A stretch of 64,000 nucleotides of DNA from a candidate division WWE3 bacterium RIFCSPHIGHO2_01_FULL_40_23 (GTDB lineage Bacteria > Patescibacteriota > WWE3 > UBA101185 > 2-01-FULL-41-18). Both the position numbers and the translations under genes were made by a program. The stretch lies in contig MEUZ01000004.1 of the NCBI GenBank assembly GCA_001772615.1, positions 8,455-72,454 on the forward strand. Reading direction: 5' to 3'. This document shows, piece by piece, positions 1-10,142 of this stretch (position 1 is its first letter; every line of letters starts with the position of its first letter). The notes below the pieces were generated by a model, which saw only the letters and a program-made list of their open reading frames with translations, searched no databases and was not told the DNA's origin.

Positions 1-413
1 GTGATAACGCGCGTTATTTGTGTGAAAACAAAGGGTTGAGCTTAAAGTGTTCAATTGAAGATGACTTGTTTGTAACAGGTAAAGAAGAAAAACTGTCCCA
101 GGTTTTTTATAACCTTCTTGATAATGCCGTCAAATACACAACAGAGGGCGGCAACATAATAATAGAGTTATCTAAAAAGGGTGATTTAGCGGTGGTTAAA
201 GTTTTTGACAGCGGTGTAGGTATTGATAAGAAAGAGCTAGAAACCATATTTGATAGGTTTTATAGATCCGAAGGCAACAAGAACATCAAAGGTCATGGTC
301 TTGGGCTTAGTATAGCCAGCTCAATAATTAAAGCTCATAATGGAACTATAGAAGCAGAAAGTGAGAGAAATAAAGGTACGATTTTTACTGTAACTCTTCC
401 TCTATCTTCATAA
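1..413 (+). CDS. Sensor histidine kinase, C-terminal HATPase_c domain (5'-truncated by window edge)
   Basis: N-box NLLDNAVKYT, G1 DSGVGI, F-box IFDRFYR, G2 GHGLGLSI. The frame is open back to position 3. Confidence 0.9.
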   Translation, partial: DNARYLCENKGLSLKCSIEDDLFVTGKEEKLSQVFYNLLDNAVKYTTEGGNIIIELSKKGDLAVVKVFDSGVGIDKKELETIFDRFYRSEGNKNIKGHGLGLSIASSIIKAHNGTIEAESERNKGTIFTVTLPLSS

Positions 414-445
414 GTTTTTAATTACACAAAGTATAGTATCAACTT

Positions 446-874
446 ATGAAACTGATAACTAGATCCGTAATACTGACAGTTACATCATCTTTAACTCTTA
501 TTACCCTTAGCTTTTTGGTGATAAGTTTACTATCTAAATCAGTTAGTTACGCTTTAGAGCAAATGGTTAGTCTGAAGTATTACATATTACCGTTAGCATT
601 GGGATTTGGTTTACAAGTCACTCTTTTTATAATGATTAAGGAAAAGGTTAAAGAATCCGCTGCTTTAGTAACAAGTACAGGAGCAATAAGCTCTGGAACA
701 ATGATTGCCTGCTGTGCGCACCATTTAACAGAAGCTTTACCCTTTTTGGCCGTTGGTGGGTTAAGTTTATTCTTTTTTAACTATCAGGAGGAACTTCTAA
801 TTTTATCTATCGCTTTAAATTGGGTTAGTGTTTTGTATATGTATAAAAAACTAAGGTTATTAAATGCGAGATAA
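446..874 (+). CDS. Four-TM membrane protein with a CCAHH motif (putative metal-binding)
   Basis: Hydrophobic segments; MIACCAHHL motif; lies in a Cys/His-rich cluster. Confidence 0.7.
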   Translation: MKLITRSVILTVTSSLTLITLSFLVISLLSKSVSYALEQMVSLKYYILPLALGFGLQVTLFIMIKEKVKESAALVTSTGAISSGTMIACCAHHLTEALPFLAVGGLSLFFFNYQEELLILSIALNWVSVLYMYKKLRLLNAR

Positions 875-1313
875 AAATTATCTTTATACGCTATTAGCAC
901 TCATACTCATCTTATTTTCAATTTTGATACTGCTATATGTTCTGCGTGGTGGAAAATTAGCTAATACTAATGAAACTAGCGATAATGTCTTTCTTCTTGA
1001 AACCCAAAAAAAGAAAGTGGGTGATGTAGAAGTTTTGGCAACACCCAAACTTTCAAGTACAGCTTTTGAGGTATCGTTTGTTCTTGATACACATTCGGTT
1101 GAACTAAATTACGATTTAACACTACTTGCTGTACTAACTAACGAAGAAGGTGAAACTCTCACCCCTCTTAAGTGGAAGGGTGACGCTTTGGGAGGACACC
1201 ATAGAAAGGGTCAACTGTTTTTTCAACCATTTCCTACTATGCCTAAAACTTTAGATCTTGTTATTAACGAGATAGAGGGAGAAAGTGTAAAATTTACTTG
1301 GGAAGTTAAATAG
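864..1313 (+). CDS. Membrane-anchored protein with DTHSVEL and GGHH motifs (putative metal-binding)
   Basis: N-terminal TM helix; His motifs; overlaps the upstream stop (translational coupling). Confidence 0.7.
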   Translation: MRDKNYLYTLLALILILFSILILLYVLRGGKLANTNETSDNVFLLETQKKKVGDVEVLATPKLSSTAFEVSFVLDTHSVELNYDLTLLAVLTNEEGETLTPLKWKGDALGGHHRKGQLFFQPFPTMPKTLDLVINEIEGESVKFTWEVK

Positions 1314-1331
1314 GTGAAGGAGGTGAAAATT

Positions 1332-1601
1332 ATGAGGCATGAACCTATCGTAACAGCTAATGCCGCTGCCGCTACAACAGGTATTGTTTTTGTAGCATGT
1401 AGAATATTAGTCGGTTTATTTCCTGAACTGATGTTTAATGTCGCACAATCCTGGTTTCATGGAATCGGGTTTAGCAGATTTGATTCTTCAAACTTAACTG
1501 TATCATCACTGGTGCTTGGACTTGTATCCTCTGTTCTTACAGTTTGGGTAATAGCCTATTTGTTTGCGCAGTTCTACAACTATTTCCTAAAAAACAAATA
1601 A
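1332..1601 (+). CDS. Small membrane protein, DUF5676-like
   Basis: Strong SD AAGGAGGTG upstream of ATG 1332 (start preferred over 1314); VAC and WFHG motifs; two hydrophobic helices. Confidence 0.65.
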   Translation: MRHEPIVTANAAAATTGIVFVACRILVGLFPELMFNVAQSWFHGIGFSRFDSSNLTVSSLVLGLVSSVLTVWVIAYLFAQFYNYFLKNK

Positions 1602-1622
1602 CTATTGGCAATCTTAAAGTTC

Positions 1623-1655
1623 ACAGAGCTACTTTTATAGTAGCTCTGTTTCTTC
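1623..1655 (+). terminator. Intrinsic terminator-like hairpin
   Basis: ACAGAGCTAC...GTAGCTCTGT stem followed by TTCTT. Confidence 0.7.
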
Positions 1656-1691
1656 ATAAGTTCTTTAATGCTTTACTTGCATAATTTAACA

Positions 1692-2621
1692 ATGAAAGAA
1701 AAGATTAAAAGCATCTTAGAGGCAGTTTTAATTGATAAATGGGTTCTGATTAGCTCAATATTAATTTTTGTACTGCTTTTTAACTACCTGTTTAGCATAG
1801 AGCTGAAAATAACCCCTAATTTTAAATTAAGGGAAAAGTTAAATCCTTCCTCGGTAAGCGCTGCAAAACCAAACCAAGTTATACAGCAAAATGTTTTGAC
1901 CACGGAAGTAAAACTTCCCATTAAGTGGGGGGATTTTGGGAAGCAATTGATTGAGAAAGGTGTAATAGATAAAGCTAAGTTTGAAAATATCATGGGGACA
2001 CTACCTGATACAGACAGGAAACTTTTGGAAAGTTCAGAGAATAATGAACTAGTGATGAACCAGCAGAATTCAAGATTAATCTTAAACCTATTGTGGGCTT
2101 TTGGGTTAGGTAACAAAAATGACGTTTTAGACAAAGGAGAGATGGTAAAAGACCCAAAGCAGACGGGAAATATGGCAAGTACCGGAGGCTGGGATGTCTC
2201 TGTAGGAGATCCCATGAACCACTACAGCAAGCACACAATGCTTTTACTAACAGCAGACCAACAGAACATGGTTGAGGAGATGTCTAAAAACATATATAGG
2301 CCATGCTGTAATAACTCAACCCACTTTCCTGACTGTAATCATGGAATGGCTATGTTAGGTCTATTAGAACTTATGGCAGCTAATGGGGTTTCAAGAGAAG
2401 AAGCTTACAGGGTGGCTTTGAATGTAAATGCGATGTGGTTTCCACGGGAATATCAGGAATTAGCCACTTTCTTTGCGGAAAATGGTATTACATGGGTTAA
2501 AGTTGATCCGAAATTAGTTCTAAGTTCCAAATATTCCAGTGCTTCAGGTTACAAACAAACAAGAACGCTGATTAAATCCCTGCCTCAACCAACACAGGGA
2601 GGCGGTGGATGCGGATTATAA
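1692..2621 (+). CDS. Membrane-anchored Cys/His-rich protein (RPCCNNSTHFPDCNHG; C-terminal GGGCGL)
   Basis: N-terminal TM helix; Cys cluster; start moved to ATG 1692 because CATAAT lies 6 nt upstream. Confidence 0.75.
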   Translation: MKEKIKSILEAVLIDKWVLISSILIFVLLFNYLFSIELKITPNFKLREKLNPSSVSAAKPNQVIQQNVLTTEVKLPIKWGDFGKQLIEKGVIDKAKFENIMGTLPDTDRKLLESSENNELVMNQQNSRLILNLLWAFGLGNKNDVLDKGEMVKDPKQTGNMASTGGWDVSVGDPMNHYSKHTMLLLTADQQNMVEEMSKNIYRPCCNNSTHFPDCNHGMAMLGLLELMAANGVSREEAYRVALNVNAMWFPREYQELATFFAENGITWVKVDPKLVLSSKYSSASGYKQTRTLIKSLPQPTQGGGGCGL

Positions 2622-2631
2622 GAAAGGGAAA

Positions 2632-3198
2632 ATGTCATATAAACAAAACAAACTTAACAATATCTCTAGTCCTTGGGATGCACTCAAACCTATAGTGTAT
2701 GTAGTTATTGTACCAACTATCGTTATCTTTGGGATAATAGTGCTTACAATCAATAAGGATAGCAAGCCACAAGCAAATGCTGTCAACGTAGAGTCTGTAG
2801 ATTCTTCTTACAAACTTGATAAAACACATTACAGTTTCGGATCCGTATCCCAAAAGAACGGGAATGTTGAAACTTATTACAACCTTACTAATGCTGGGGC
2901 TTCTGATATATATGTAAAAAAACTCTATACTTCATGCATGTGCACACAAGCACAAATAGAGTTTTCTGATGGGAGTAAAACTGCTCTTAATGGAATGCTG
3001 GGCCACGGTCCGGATTCCAATTTACTTGTAGGAAAAACAATAAAAGCTGGGGAAACTGTGAAAATTAGAGCCGTATTTGATCCTAATGCTCACGGTCCGC
3101 AGGGGATCGGATTTATTAAAAGAAATATAACTCTTGAAACTAACCTCAAAGTGGAGCCAATTATTCAAGTTTCCTTTGACGCTGACGTTACAAAATGA
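2632..3198 (+). CDS. DUF1573-like Ig-fold protein (TSCMCT; two HGP motifs)
   Basis: YSFGSV...TSCMCT...GETVKIRAVFDP pattern; N-terminal TM helix. Confidence 0.75.
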   Translation: MSYKQNKLNNISSPWDALKPIVYVVIVPTIVIFGIIVLTINKDSKPQANAVNVESVDSSYKLDKTHYSFGSVSQKNGNVETYYNLTNAGASDIYVKKLYTSCMCTQAQIEFSDGSKTALNGMLGHGPDSNLLVGKTIKAGETVKIRAVFDPNAHGPQGIGFIKRNITLETNLKVEPIIQVSFDADVTK

Positions 3199-3199
3199 T

Positions 3200-3622
3200 A
3201 TGACAAAAAAACTATGGATGCTTTTTCTGTTAATTACAGTGGTTGCAGCAGGTTTTTTCCTGAAGTTAAATGTTGGGAAAAAGTTAACAGGAGATGATTT
3301 AATAATAGATAGCGAGGTTGATTTGGGTCAGGTGAATAAGGATTCAAAAAGAGTGTTTAAAATTTCTCTTATTAATCCAACTCCCAGTAATTTCACTATA
3401 GCAAGAGTTTATACATCTTGCGGGTGTACAAAAGTAACTCTACCAGAAAATGGTACTTCACAATTTACCCTAAAAGCAGGAGAAGTAACTTATCTATCCC
3501 TTGAGTTTGACCCCAGTACCATGCATCAAAGGGGGGACGAAATAAACCATGAAGCATATATCTTAACAACAAAACCCTTTGAGAAAGAATATAAAGTAAA
3601 GATTACAGGCAAGATTATATGA
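3200..3622 (+). CDS. DUF1573-like Ig-fold protein (TSCGCT)
   Basis: VDLGQV...TSCGCT...LEFDP; ATG 1 nt after the upstream stop. Confidence 0.75.
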   Translation: MTKKLWMLFLLITVVAAGFFLKLNVGKKLTGDDLIIDSEVDLGQVNKDSKRVFKISLINPTPSNFTIARVYTSCGCTKVTLPENGTSQFTLKAGEVTYLSLEFDPSTMHQRGDEINHEAYILTTKPFEKEYKVKITGKII

Positions 3623-4821
3623 AGAAGTTCTTTTTTTATTTGATATTTAATACTGTATTTTTGTTAACCCTATCATTAAGGGCACAGGCGGGGAGTAGCG
3701 TGGATATTTACTATAATAACGCGTGTTCTGACTGTGTAAGTTATATTGACGAATTAAAACCTGTCCTTAGCAACTACTACTTGGAACCTATTCTAAAAGA
3801 TTATATTAATAGACCAGAGTACAGGAAGGAATTAAATGAGGAAAATAAAAAGTATCAAGTACCAATAGGTCTTCAAGACAGTTTAACCATTTTTCTGAAG
3901 CCCAATTTAGCTATTGAAGGCCACGTGCGGGTAAGTACTGTAGAGAGTTTGTTAGCAAGTTATGAAAACCTTCCTAAACACAAGCTGATTATTTTATACC
4001 AGCCAGAAATGCATTCCAACGCTAAAGAAGTAACTGTTTTTGTTTCAGGTTATAAACAAGAAAAAGTTTCGGCTGATTTAGATTTGGTAAAACTAATCCA
4101 AGATAAAACCTTAAAAACCGAAATCAGCGCCCCCAGCAGCAACCTTTTCATACCGATAATAACGGGTGCAATAGCCAATAGCCTCCATCCCTGTGCTATC
4201 GCGGTTCTTCTGCTTTTACTAACCTTCCTTTATGCGATTCACAAGAAAAAAAAGGAGATTATAGATGTGGGGTTAGCTTACGTTTTTGGTATATTTGTCG
4301 TTTACTTCTTAATAGGTTTAGGAATTATGAAAGCCCTGTCGCTTTCCGACGAACCGTTCTTTGTAGCCAAAGTTGCCTCACTTATACTGATTGTTCTTGG
4401 TATCATAAACATTAAAGATTATTTCTTCCCCGATTTGCCTGTCCACTTAAAAATCCCTGATTTCACAAAAGGCGCGATTCAATACTTTCTAGAAAAAACA
4501 AGCATTCCAACAGCCTTTATAGTCGGTGCTTTGGTAGGGATATGCGCGTTCCCATGTACAGGTGGTATCTATACGGTAATTATTTCAACGTTAGCAGCAG
4601 TAAGATCATCACAGTTTATAGCATATCTTATGCTTTACAACTTTATATTTATACTGCCGTTGCTTTTAATAATTATGATAGCGGGCAATAGAAAGCTACT
4701 GGAAAGAGTAGAGGAGCTTGAAATAAGGAACTCAAAAAGGTTACATTTAATAATCGGAATTTTTATGGTACTTATAGGTCTGGGGGTTTATTTATGGATT
4801 AAGGCAATAATATATGGTTAA
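3619..4821 (+). CDS. Thioredoxin/glutaredoxin-like CxxC domain fused to a CcdA/DsbD-type transmembrane domain
   Basis: Signal peptide; CSDC; TM domain with HPCA and FPCTGG redox cysteines. Confidence 0.75.
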   Translation: MKKFFFYLIFNTVFLLTLSLRAQAGSSVDIYYNNACSDCVSYIDELKPVLSNYYLEPILKDYINRPEYRKELNEENKKYQVPIGLQDSLTIFLKPNLAIEGHVRVSTVESLLASYENLPKHKLIILYQPEMHSNAKEVTVFVSGYKQEKVSADLDLVKLIQDKTLKTEISAPSSNLFIPIITGAIANSLHPCAIAVLLLLLTFLYAIHKKKKEIIDVGLAYVFGIFVVYFLIGLGIMKALSLSDEPFFVAKVASLILIVLGIINIKDYFFPDLPVHLKIPDFTKGAIQYFLEKTSIPTAFIVGALVGICAFPCTGGIYTVIISTLAAVRSSQFIAYLMLYNFIFILPLLLIIMIAGNRKLLERVEELEIRNSKRLHLIIGIFMVLIGLGVYLWIKAIIYG

Positions 4822-5293
4822 TCAAATAGTCTTAGCTCTAGTATTGGAAACTGCATTCTTTCTTTTCTTTTATAGATTTGGCTTTAGGATAGCTTCATTT
4901 ATAGGTAGGAGAGTCTGTCCTGTATGTTTTGCCGTTGGATCAACATGGTTAAGTCTTCTACTTCTTAATTACTCTGGAATTTTCCCCATCAACCATTATT
5001 TAATAGCTTTGCTTTTATCCGAATCGGTTGTCGGTGTTTCTTACCTTGTTGAAGAGTTTCTAATAGTTCACCCGAAATATAACTTTCCTGATTACTTACT
5101 TAAATTTGGAATAATAATTTATGGAACCGCCTCTGTTTTAATCTTTGCTTTTATAAGAGAAACAGTTGGTATTGCTTTGTTTCTTCCGGTAATAATTTTT
5201 GGATTTTACGCGTTAACCCCTATCAACAGATTCAATGAAACGGTAAACTCTCAATCTGATCTGTTAAAGTCCAAACTAAAAAAGTGCTGCTAA
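4814..5293 (+). CDS. Membrane protein with CPVC motif and C-terminal CC
   Basis: RRVCPVCFAV; ends KKCC; several TM helices. Confidence 0.7.
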   Translation: MVNQIVLALVLETAFFLFFYRFGFRIASFIGRRVCPVCFAVGSTWLSLLLLNYSGIFPINHYLIALLLSESVVGVSYLVEEFLIVHPKYNFPDYLLKFGIIIYGTASVLIFAFIRETVGIALFLPVIIFGFYALTPINRFNETVNSQSDLLKSKLKKCC

Positions 5294-5334
5294 AATAGAC
5301 CTCCACAAAGACATATTTATGCTATAAATAAAAT

Positions 5335-6948
5335 ATGCCAAAGTATAGGATTTACACTCTGCTTAAATATGTTTCAATCTTTTTGGTGCCCGCTTCCATT
5401 TTATTTTTCAGATTTTATAAGCTTAACTACTCCGAATTTCAAGGTGATGAGATAGAGGCTCAAGAATACTTGCTTTTTGAAGGGGATTTAAAAACCTTTC
5501 TTCTAACAAGAAGCAAAGGTCCCATGCAATACCTTATCACTTATTTGATGAATACTATATTCCTCAACAGTAAAATTTCAGAACTTATTGTAAGAATACC
5601 TTTCGCGTTTGCCGGAATTTTATGTCTCTTAGCTTTTTACTTCTTTATATACAAGAACTTTGGGAAAAAGACTGCAGTAATCTCCTCATCTATGCTTGGA
5701 CTTTCTGGTTTAATCATAGCCTTTTCAAGAATAGCGCAGTACCAATCTTTTGTCCTTCTTTTATCTATATTATCTGTTTATCTTATTTATAAAAGCTTTA
5801 ATGAACAAAGGAACTTATATCTGCTATCAGGAGCGATCCTGTCAGGGTTGGCCCTTCTTTTTCACTATGACTCTTTATCATTTATTATTCCTATTTTCTT
5901 AATACTTTGCCTAAGAAAGAAGACTTCCGCAGCAGCACAATATTTAATTATAACTATAGCAGTTGCATCGGTTTTCTATATTCCATTTATCTTCAATCCA
6001 GCATTTAAAGAAACCCTAAAGTATCTTTGGGAAAAGCGAATCCTGACAGGGAACTATTACTCCGTTTCACAGAGTTTTGAACTTCTTTCAATTTATCATT
6101 CAAAAGAGTACCTCATAGTCCTTTTGGCTGGGATCTTGCTTTGGTTTTATAACGTATCCAAGAGATTTAGCAATCTTGCAAAACTTCTTACTAGCCTTTT
6201 CATTGCAACTTATGCTTTAAGAATAGTGAATAATGAGGAACTTCTAAAACTATTGTATCCTTTAAGTGTTCTTTTGTTTCTATTAGTAATCCTTTCATAT
6301 GTTCTCCAATATTACAAAACCCAACCAGACAAGGTGGGAATATTTGAGTTTTGGTTTTTGATATCGTTTTTCATGTATGGTGTTATTATAAAATTCCCTC
6401 TGACTCACATTTACGCATACTTTATCCCTATGATATTTATATCATCTTATTCTCTTACTACATTTGTAAAACCAAAATTTCTATATCCCTTGGTCACACT
6501 TGTTTTTGCTTCAGCTTTTTCCTTTAATTACCAAGCTTTTATTGACACTAGGAAAGAGTACCCATGGCAGAAGAAAAATTATATTTTTGGAAAAATGTAT
6601 GATGGAATAGCCGAAAATTTGAAAGTAAAAGGCATTTTTGGCTTCCCTTATAAAAGGGGGTGGGAAGATGTTAGGAATGATATTTTTACTCTAAGTTTAC
6701 AGCAAGGCGGTGCGGGTAGAACTTTTACCTTTGATTCAAATGAGAAACCTGATATACCCTTATTTTATCTAAACAAAGGATCAAGCGGGGGAGTTAACTA
6801 TACGTTCACTCAAAATGATCCCGACTTTTATATTTACATTAAAAGACCACAAAGCCTTGTAAGCACACTTAAGGTTAAAGGCACTCCTGCAAAAAGAGGG
6901 GATATGTATGAAATCTACTTGAAGGGCACTTATAAACTTAAGGTGTAG
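5335..6948 (+). CDS. ArnT/PMT-family (GT-C fold) membrane glycosyltransferase
   Basis: FRFYKL...QGDE first-loop acidic motif, VRIPFA, SRIAQY; polytopic. Confidence 0.8.
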   Translation: MPKYRIYTLLKYVSIFLVPASILFFRFYKLNYSEFQGDEIEAQEYLLFEGDLKTFLLTRSKGPMQYLITYLMNTIFLNSKISELIVRIPFAFAGILCLLAFYFFIYKNFGKKTAVISSSMLGLSGLIIAFSRIAQYQSFVLLLSILSVYLIYKSFNEQRNLYLLSGAILSGLALLFHYDSLSFIIPIFLILCLRKKTSAAAQYLIITIAVASVFYIPFIFNPAFKETLKYLWEKRILTGNYYSVSQSFELLSIYHSKEYLIVLLAGILLWFYNVSKRFSNLAKLLTSLFIATYALRIVNNEELLKLLYPLSVLLFLLVILSYVLQYYKTQPDKVGIFEFWFLISFFMYGVIIKFPLTHIYAYFIPMIFISSYSLTTFVKPKFLYPLVTLVFASAFSFNYQAFIDTRKEYPWQKKNYIFGKMYDGIAENLKVKGIFGFPYKRGWEDVRNDIFTLSLQQGGAGRTFTFDSNEKPDIPLFYLNKGSSGGVNYTFTQNDPDFYIYIKRPQSLVSTLKVKGTPAKRGDMYEIYLKGTYKLKV

Positions 6949-8458
6949 TTTTAGTACTTTGACAATTAAGTATCAAAACGATGCCTTCTAATTTAGATCC
7001 AAACTTAGCCCCCACAACCGGACATTTTTTTTGTAGCTTTTTTTCGGAGCTTAATTTATTAAAAGATAAAACTGTAAAGTCTGTTGTTTTTTCAAGCTTA
7101 TCCCGCATGTTGCTTTTCTCTTTATATAAGTAGTAGTATGACTCTTTGTTATACGGTACAAAGATTTCCTTCCCCTTTAAATTCTGATTTGCATATAAAG
7201 CCGCTTGGGCAAAGTATTGGCCGCTGTTAGTGTAAATATTAAATCTTAATGCTCCGTTTGATGACCCAAACAACGGAGAGTAATAAGCCGAATATACTGG
7301 GATGTACAAATAAGTAATCAAAAATGATGCCAGAAGATAAATACCAACAGTTATTTTCTGAAGTTTTACGTTAACACTATCTAAGAATATAGAAACAAGG
7401 AGGAAAACAGCAGGAAATACGGGAATTAAATACCTATCTATTTTCTTAACAGATATTGAAAGCGGAATATAATATAAGAGGCAGTAGAAGAGTATAAGAA
7501 AGATCGGTTTTAGGTTCTCTTTTTTTCTTAAATTAAAAATAGTTAGTGCCGTAAGAAGAAACATCAAGGGGGATACTTTAAAAAGATAAATAGTTGGGTA
7601 ATAAAAGAATGAAAACAAACCAAGAAAACTCTCTGCCCTTATATCCGAAGATATTGCGTTACTAATTCCTGAAAAAAGCTTTTCATAAACAAAACCAGGG
7701 TTAACCCAGAAAGCTGGAAAAAGGAGCACAGTAAAAAATGCTGCGGGAATTAAAAAAAGGGCAAAGTCAAAGCTCTTTCTTTTTCTGAATTTTATAAAAA
7801 ACATTAATGCAAATAAAGGGAGCATAACAAGAACCGTTGTTTTGCTTAGAAAGGCAAGTGAAAATAAAATACCGGAAATAAAGCAGTGAACCTTTTTATT
7901 TGTTTTAAACCAGGACCACATTAAAAGAAAAGATGTGAACAGCAGATAGCTTTCAAGAGAAGTTACATGAAATAACCTGTCTATACCGACAACATAAGGC
8001 TCTAATGACATAAATAAGCCATACATGTACGAAACCTTGGCGTTAATAAGAGTTTTAAGTAAAATAACCTGGGAAAGAAACAAACCAGACAAAACAAGAA
8101 CCAACATTCTCTTAGAACTTTTATGAACATTCAAATAGTTATCAGAATCAGAAAGAAAAGACTGTTTTGATATTAAATCTTCGTGAAACAAAATCTCATC
8201 CAGTGCCCCTATCCACATAAGTGTTACACCGGGCTGGTTGTGCTGATATGTTTTTTGATAATCCTTATTTAACAAAGCATTTAGAAATGAATCAGATCTG
8301 ATGTGCCATCTTGCAGCATCAGAATTTGAAATATCCTCGCCTAAAAGAGTTAGTCTTAAGGAGAGGAATAAAAATAAAAGAAGCAAAATTATAATTAAGT
8401 TTTTGCGTGTGTCAGAAAGAGAGAAAATCACTGCACTAGTTGACGGTACTGGTTTCAT
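6938..8458 (-). CDS. ArnT/PMT-family membrane glycosyltransferase
   Basis: LRLTLL...NSDAARW, HNQPG, DRYLIP; polytopic. ATG 8458 preferred over track start 8518. Confidence 0.75.
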   Translation of the reverse strand: MKPVPSTSAVIFSLSDTRKNLIIILLLLFLFLSLRLTLLGEDISNSDAARWHIRSDSFLNALLNKDYQKTYQHNQPGVTLMWIGALDEILFHEDLISKQSFLSDSDNYLNVHKSSKRMLVLVLSGLFLSQVILLKTLINAKVSYMYGLFMSLEPYVVGIDRLFHVTSLESYLLFTSFLLMWSWFKTNKKVHCFISGILFSLAFLSKTTVLVMLPLFALMFFIKFRKRKSFDFALFLIPAAFFTVLLFPAFWVNPGFVYEKLFSGISNAISSDIRAESFLGLFSFFYYPTIYLFKVSPLMFLLTALTIFNLRKKENLKPIFLILFYCLLYYIPLSISVKKIDRYLIPVFPAVFLLVSIFLDSVNVKLQKITVGIYLLASFLITYLYIPVYSAYYSPLFGSSNGALRFNIYTNSGQYFAQAALYANQNLKGKEIFVPYNKESYYYLYKEKSNMRDKLEKTTDFTVLSFNKLSSEKKLQKKCPVVGAKFGSKLEGIVLILNCQSTKTTP

Positions 8459-10076
8459 TAACCGGTACCGGTATAAAATTGATATTTTTATAAATGTAAG
8501 CTGAAGACAAAGGCACAAGATTAGGTTCTAAGACTTTAAAAGACTTAACCAAAGTGAAATCTTTGGAATCTGTAATGGTTTCATCATATTTTTTCCATGC
8601 CAAGTAGTAGTTTGGATACAATTCTTTAAGGGTTACATTTCTATACCTCTCAAAGGGTCTTGACATAATAACCACGTATTCATACATTTTCGGATCATAC
8701 AAAACCTGATTAACCGCGCCTTGAGAAGAATAAACCAATACCTTCATAACTTTAATGCCGGAAACACTTCTAATGGGGTCTAGAGATGAATCAGTTATCA
8801 AAAGTTTAGGGTTTTGATTTTTTATGTTCTTTTTTGCCCAGTTAAAAGCTTCTATTTGAGGTGTAACTCTCCCTAGTTGATTTGAAATAGCAAAGGCAAA
8901 AACCGGATAGTTTAAAAAAGCAAGAATAAGAAATATATACATATATAAACGTAGTAAAAGTTGAGCCTTTGGTAAATACTTAATTAGAAAAGATATAAAA
9001 TAAGAGCCATACAAAAATAAGATTGGTATGACAGGAAGCATCCATCTGTCCACTCTTCTAGTGCTAAAAGTGAAAAAGTAAAAGTACACGAGAATATTTG
9101 CTATTAAAAAAAGGTGGAAGTAAAAATCACTGTTTTCTTTGTGTCTTAATAGCACTCTGATGATACCGCCGAGAGAAAGTAAAAATATTAAAGGGGTTAC
9201 TATGAAGCTTAAAGCAGATACATATTTAAAGGGTGAGAAATCAACTGAATCAAGAACTATACCGTTTTCCTTTAATCTCATTTCATTTACTCTTGAAATA
9301 AACCTTTCTGGTTCTTTAAAAGCGAAAGGATTAGATAAAGCATACGCAAGGAAAACAAATGTAGCAAAGAAAAGCACCTTCTCATAAGGAACTTTCTTAT
9401 ATAGAATTAATAAAAACAAAGGCAAGGAAATTAAGGCTGTTATTTTAGTTCCAACGCTAAATCCAAAGAAAATCCCAGAAAGCACTAGAAAGCGAAGATT
9501 AAATTTAGAATCGTGCAAAAATCTATAAAGAAAAAACAACGAGGCGAAAAGAAGCACTGTCAGCATAATATCCGCATTTAGATAATGGGAATGAACCACC
9601 AGTTTCCAATTTAAAGCGACAAATAATACGGTAAACATAAACCCAAGCTTATCCTTAAAAATTTTCAGGTAGAGTAGGGGAATAAGCATTGAAAGAAGGT
9701 ACGTCAAAAGGGCGTTTGATAACCTTAACGTGACGTAAGAGCCATAAATGTCTATATCTCTTCCAACAAGTTTAGTAAAAATCTTATAAATTAAAATAAA
9801 AAAGAAGTTAAGATATATGGAAAACGTCCCGTAAATAAAATCATCAGGCGAGAGTGCCGAAAAGCTTCCTGTCCGTGTAATATTTTTAATCCTGTAAGAG
9901 TTTTCTATTGCGAAATTCCCAAGCTTATCTTCATCAGCGTATGTAATATTTGGCAAACCAAAATCAATACCCCATAATCTTAATAACAGCCCAATTAAAA
10001 CGATCAATGCTAAAATCCATTGCTCTTTTTCTAGCTTCATTAACTCTGTTTTAATTTTTATAAAGAACGATATCAT
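8436..10076 (-). CDS. ArnT/PMT-family membrane glycosyltransferase
   Basis: LLRLWGIDFGLP...YADE, HSHY, GTK, DRWMLP; polytopic. Confidence 0.8.
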   Translation of the reverse strand: MISFFIKIKTELMKLEKEQWILALIVLIGLLLRLWGIDFGLPNITYADEDKLGNFAIENSYRIKNITRTGSFSALSPDDFIYGTFSIYLNFFFILIYKIFTKLVGRDIDIYGSYVTLRLSNALLTYLLSMLIPLLYLKIFKDKLGFMFTVLFVALNWKLVVHSHYLNADIMLTVLLFASLFFLYRFLHDSKFNLRFLVLSGIFFGFSVGTKITALISLPLFLLILYKKVPYEKVLFFATFVFLAYALSNPFAFKEPERFISRVNEMRLKENGIVLDSVDFSPFKYVSALSFIVTPLIFLLSLGGIIRVLLRHKENSDFYFHLFLIANILVYFYFFTFSTRRVDRWMLPVIPILFLYGSYFISFLIKYLPKAQLLLRLYMYIFLILAFLNYPVFAFAISNQLGRVTPQIEAFNWAKKNIKNQNPKLLITDSSLDPIRSVSGIKVMKVLVYSSQGAVNQVLYDPKMYEYVVIMSRPFERYRNVTLKELYPNYYLAWKKYDETITDSKDFTLVKSFKVLEPNLVPLSSAYIYKNINFIPVPVNETSTVN

Positions 10077-10142
10077 CAGCTGATTATATTATATCCTTGC
10101 ATAAACACATATTTCTGTTTTAAAATGCTTTAACAAGTCTAT

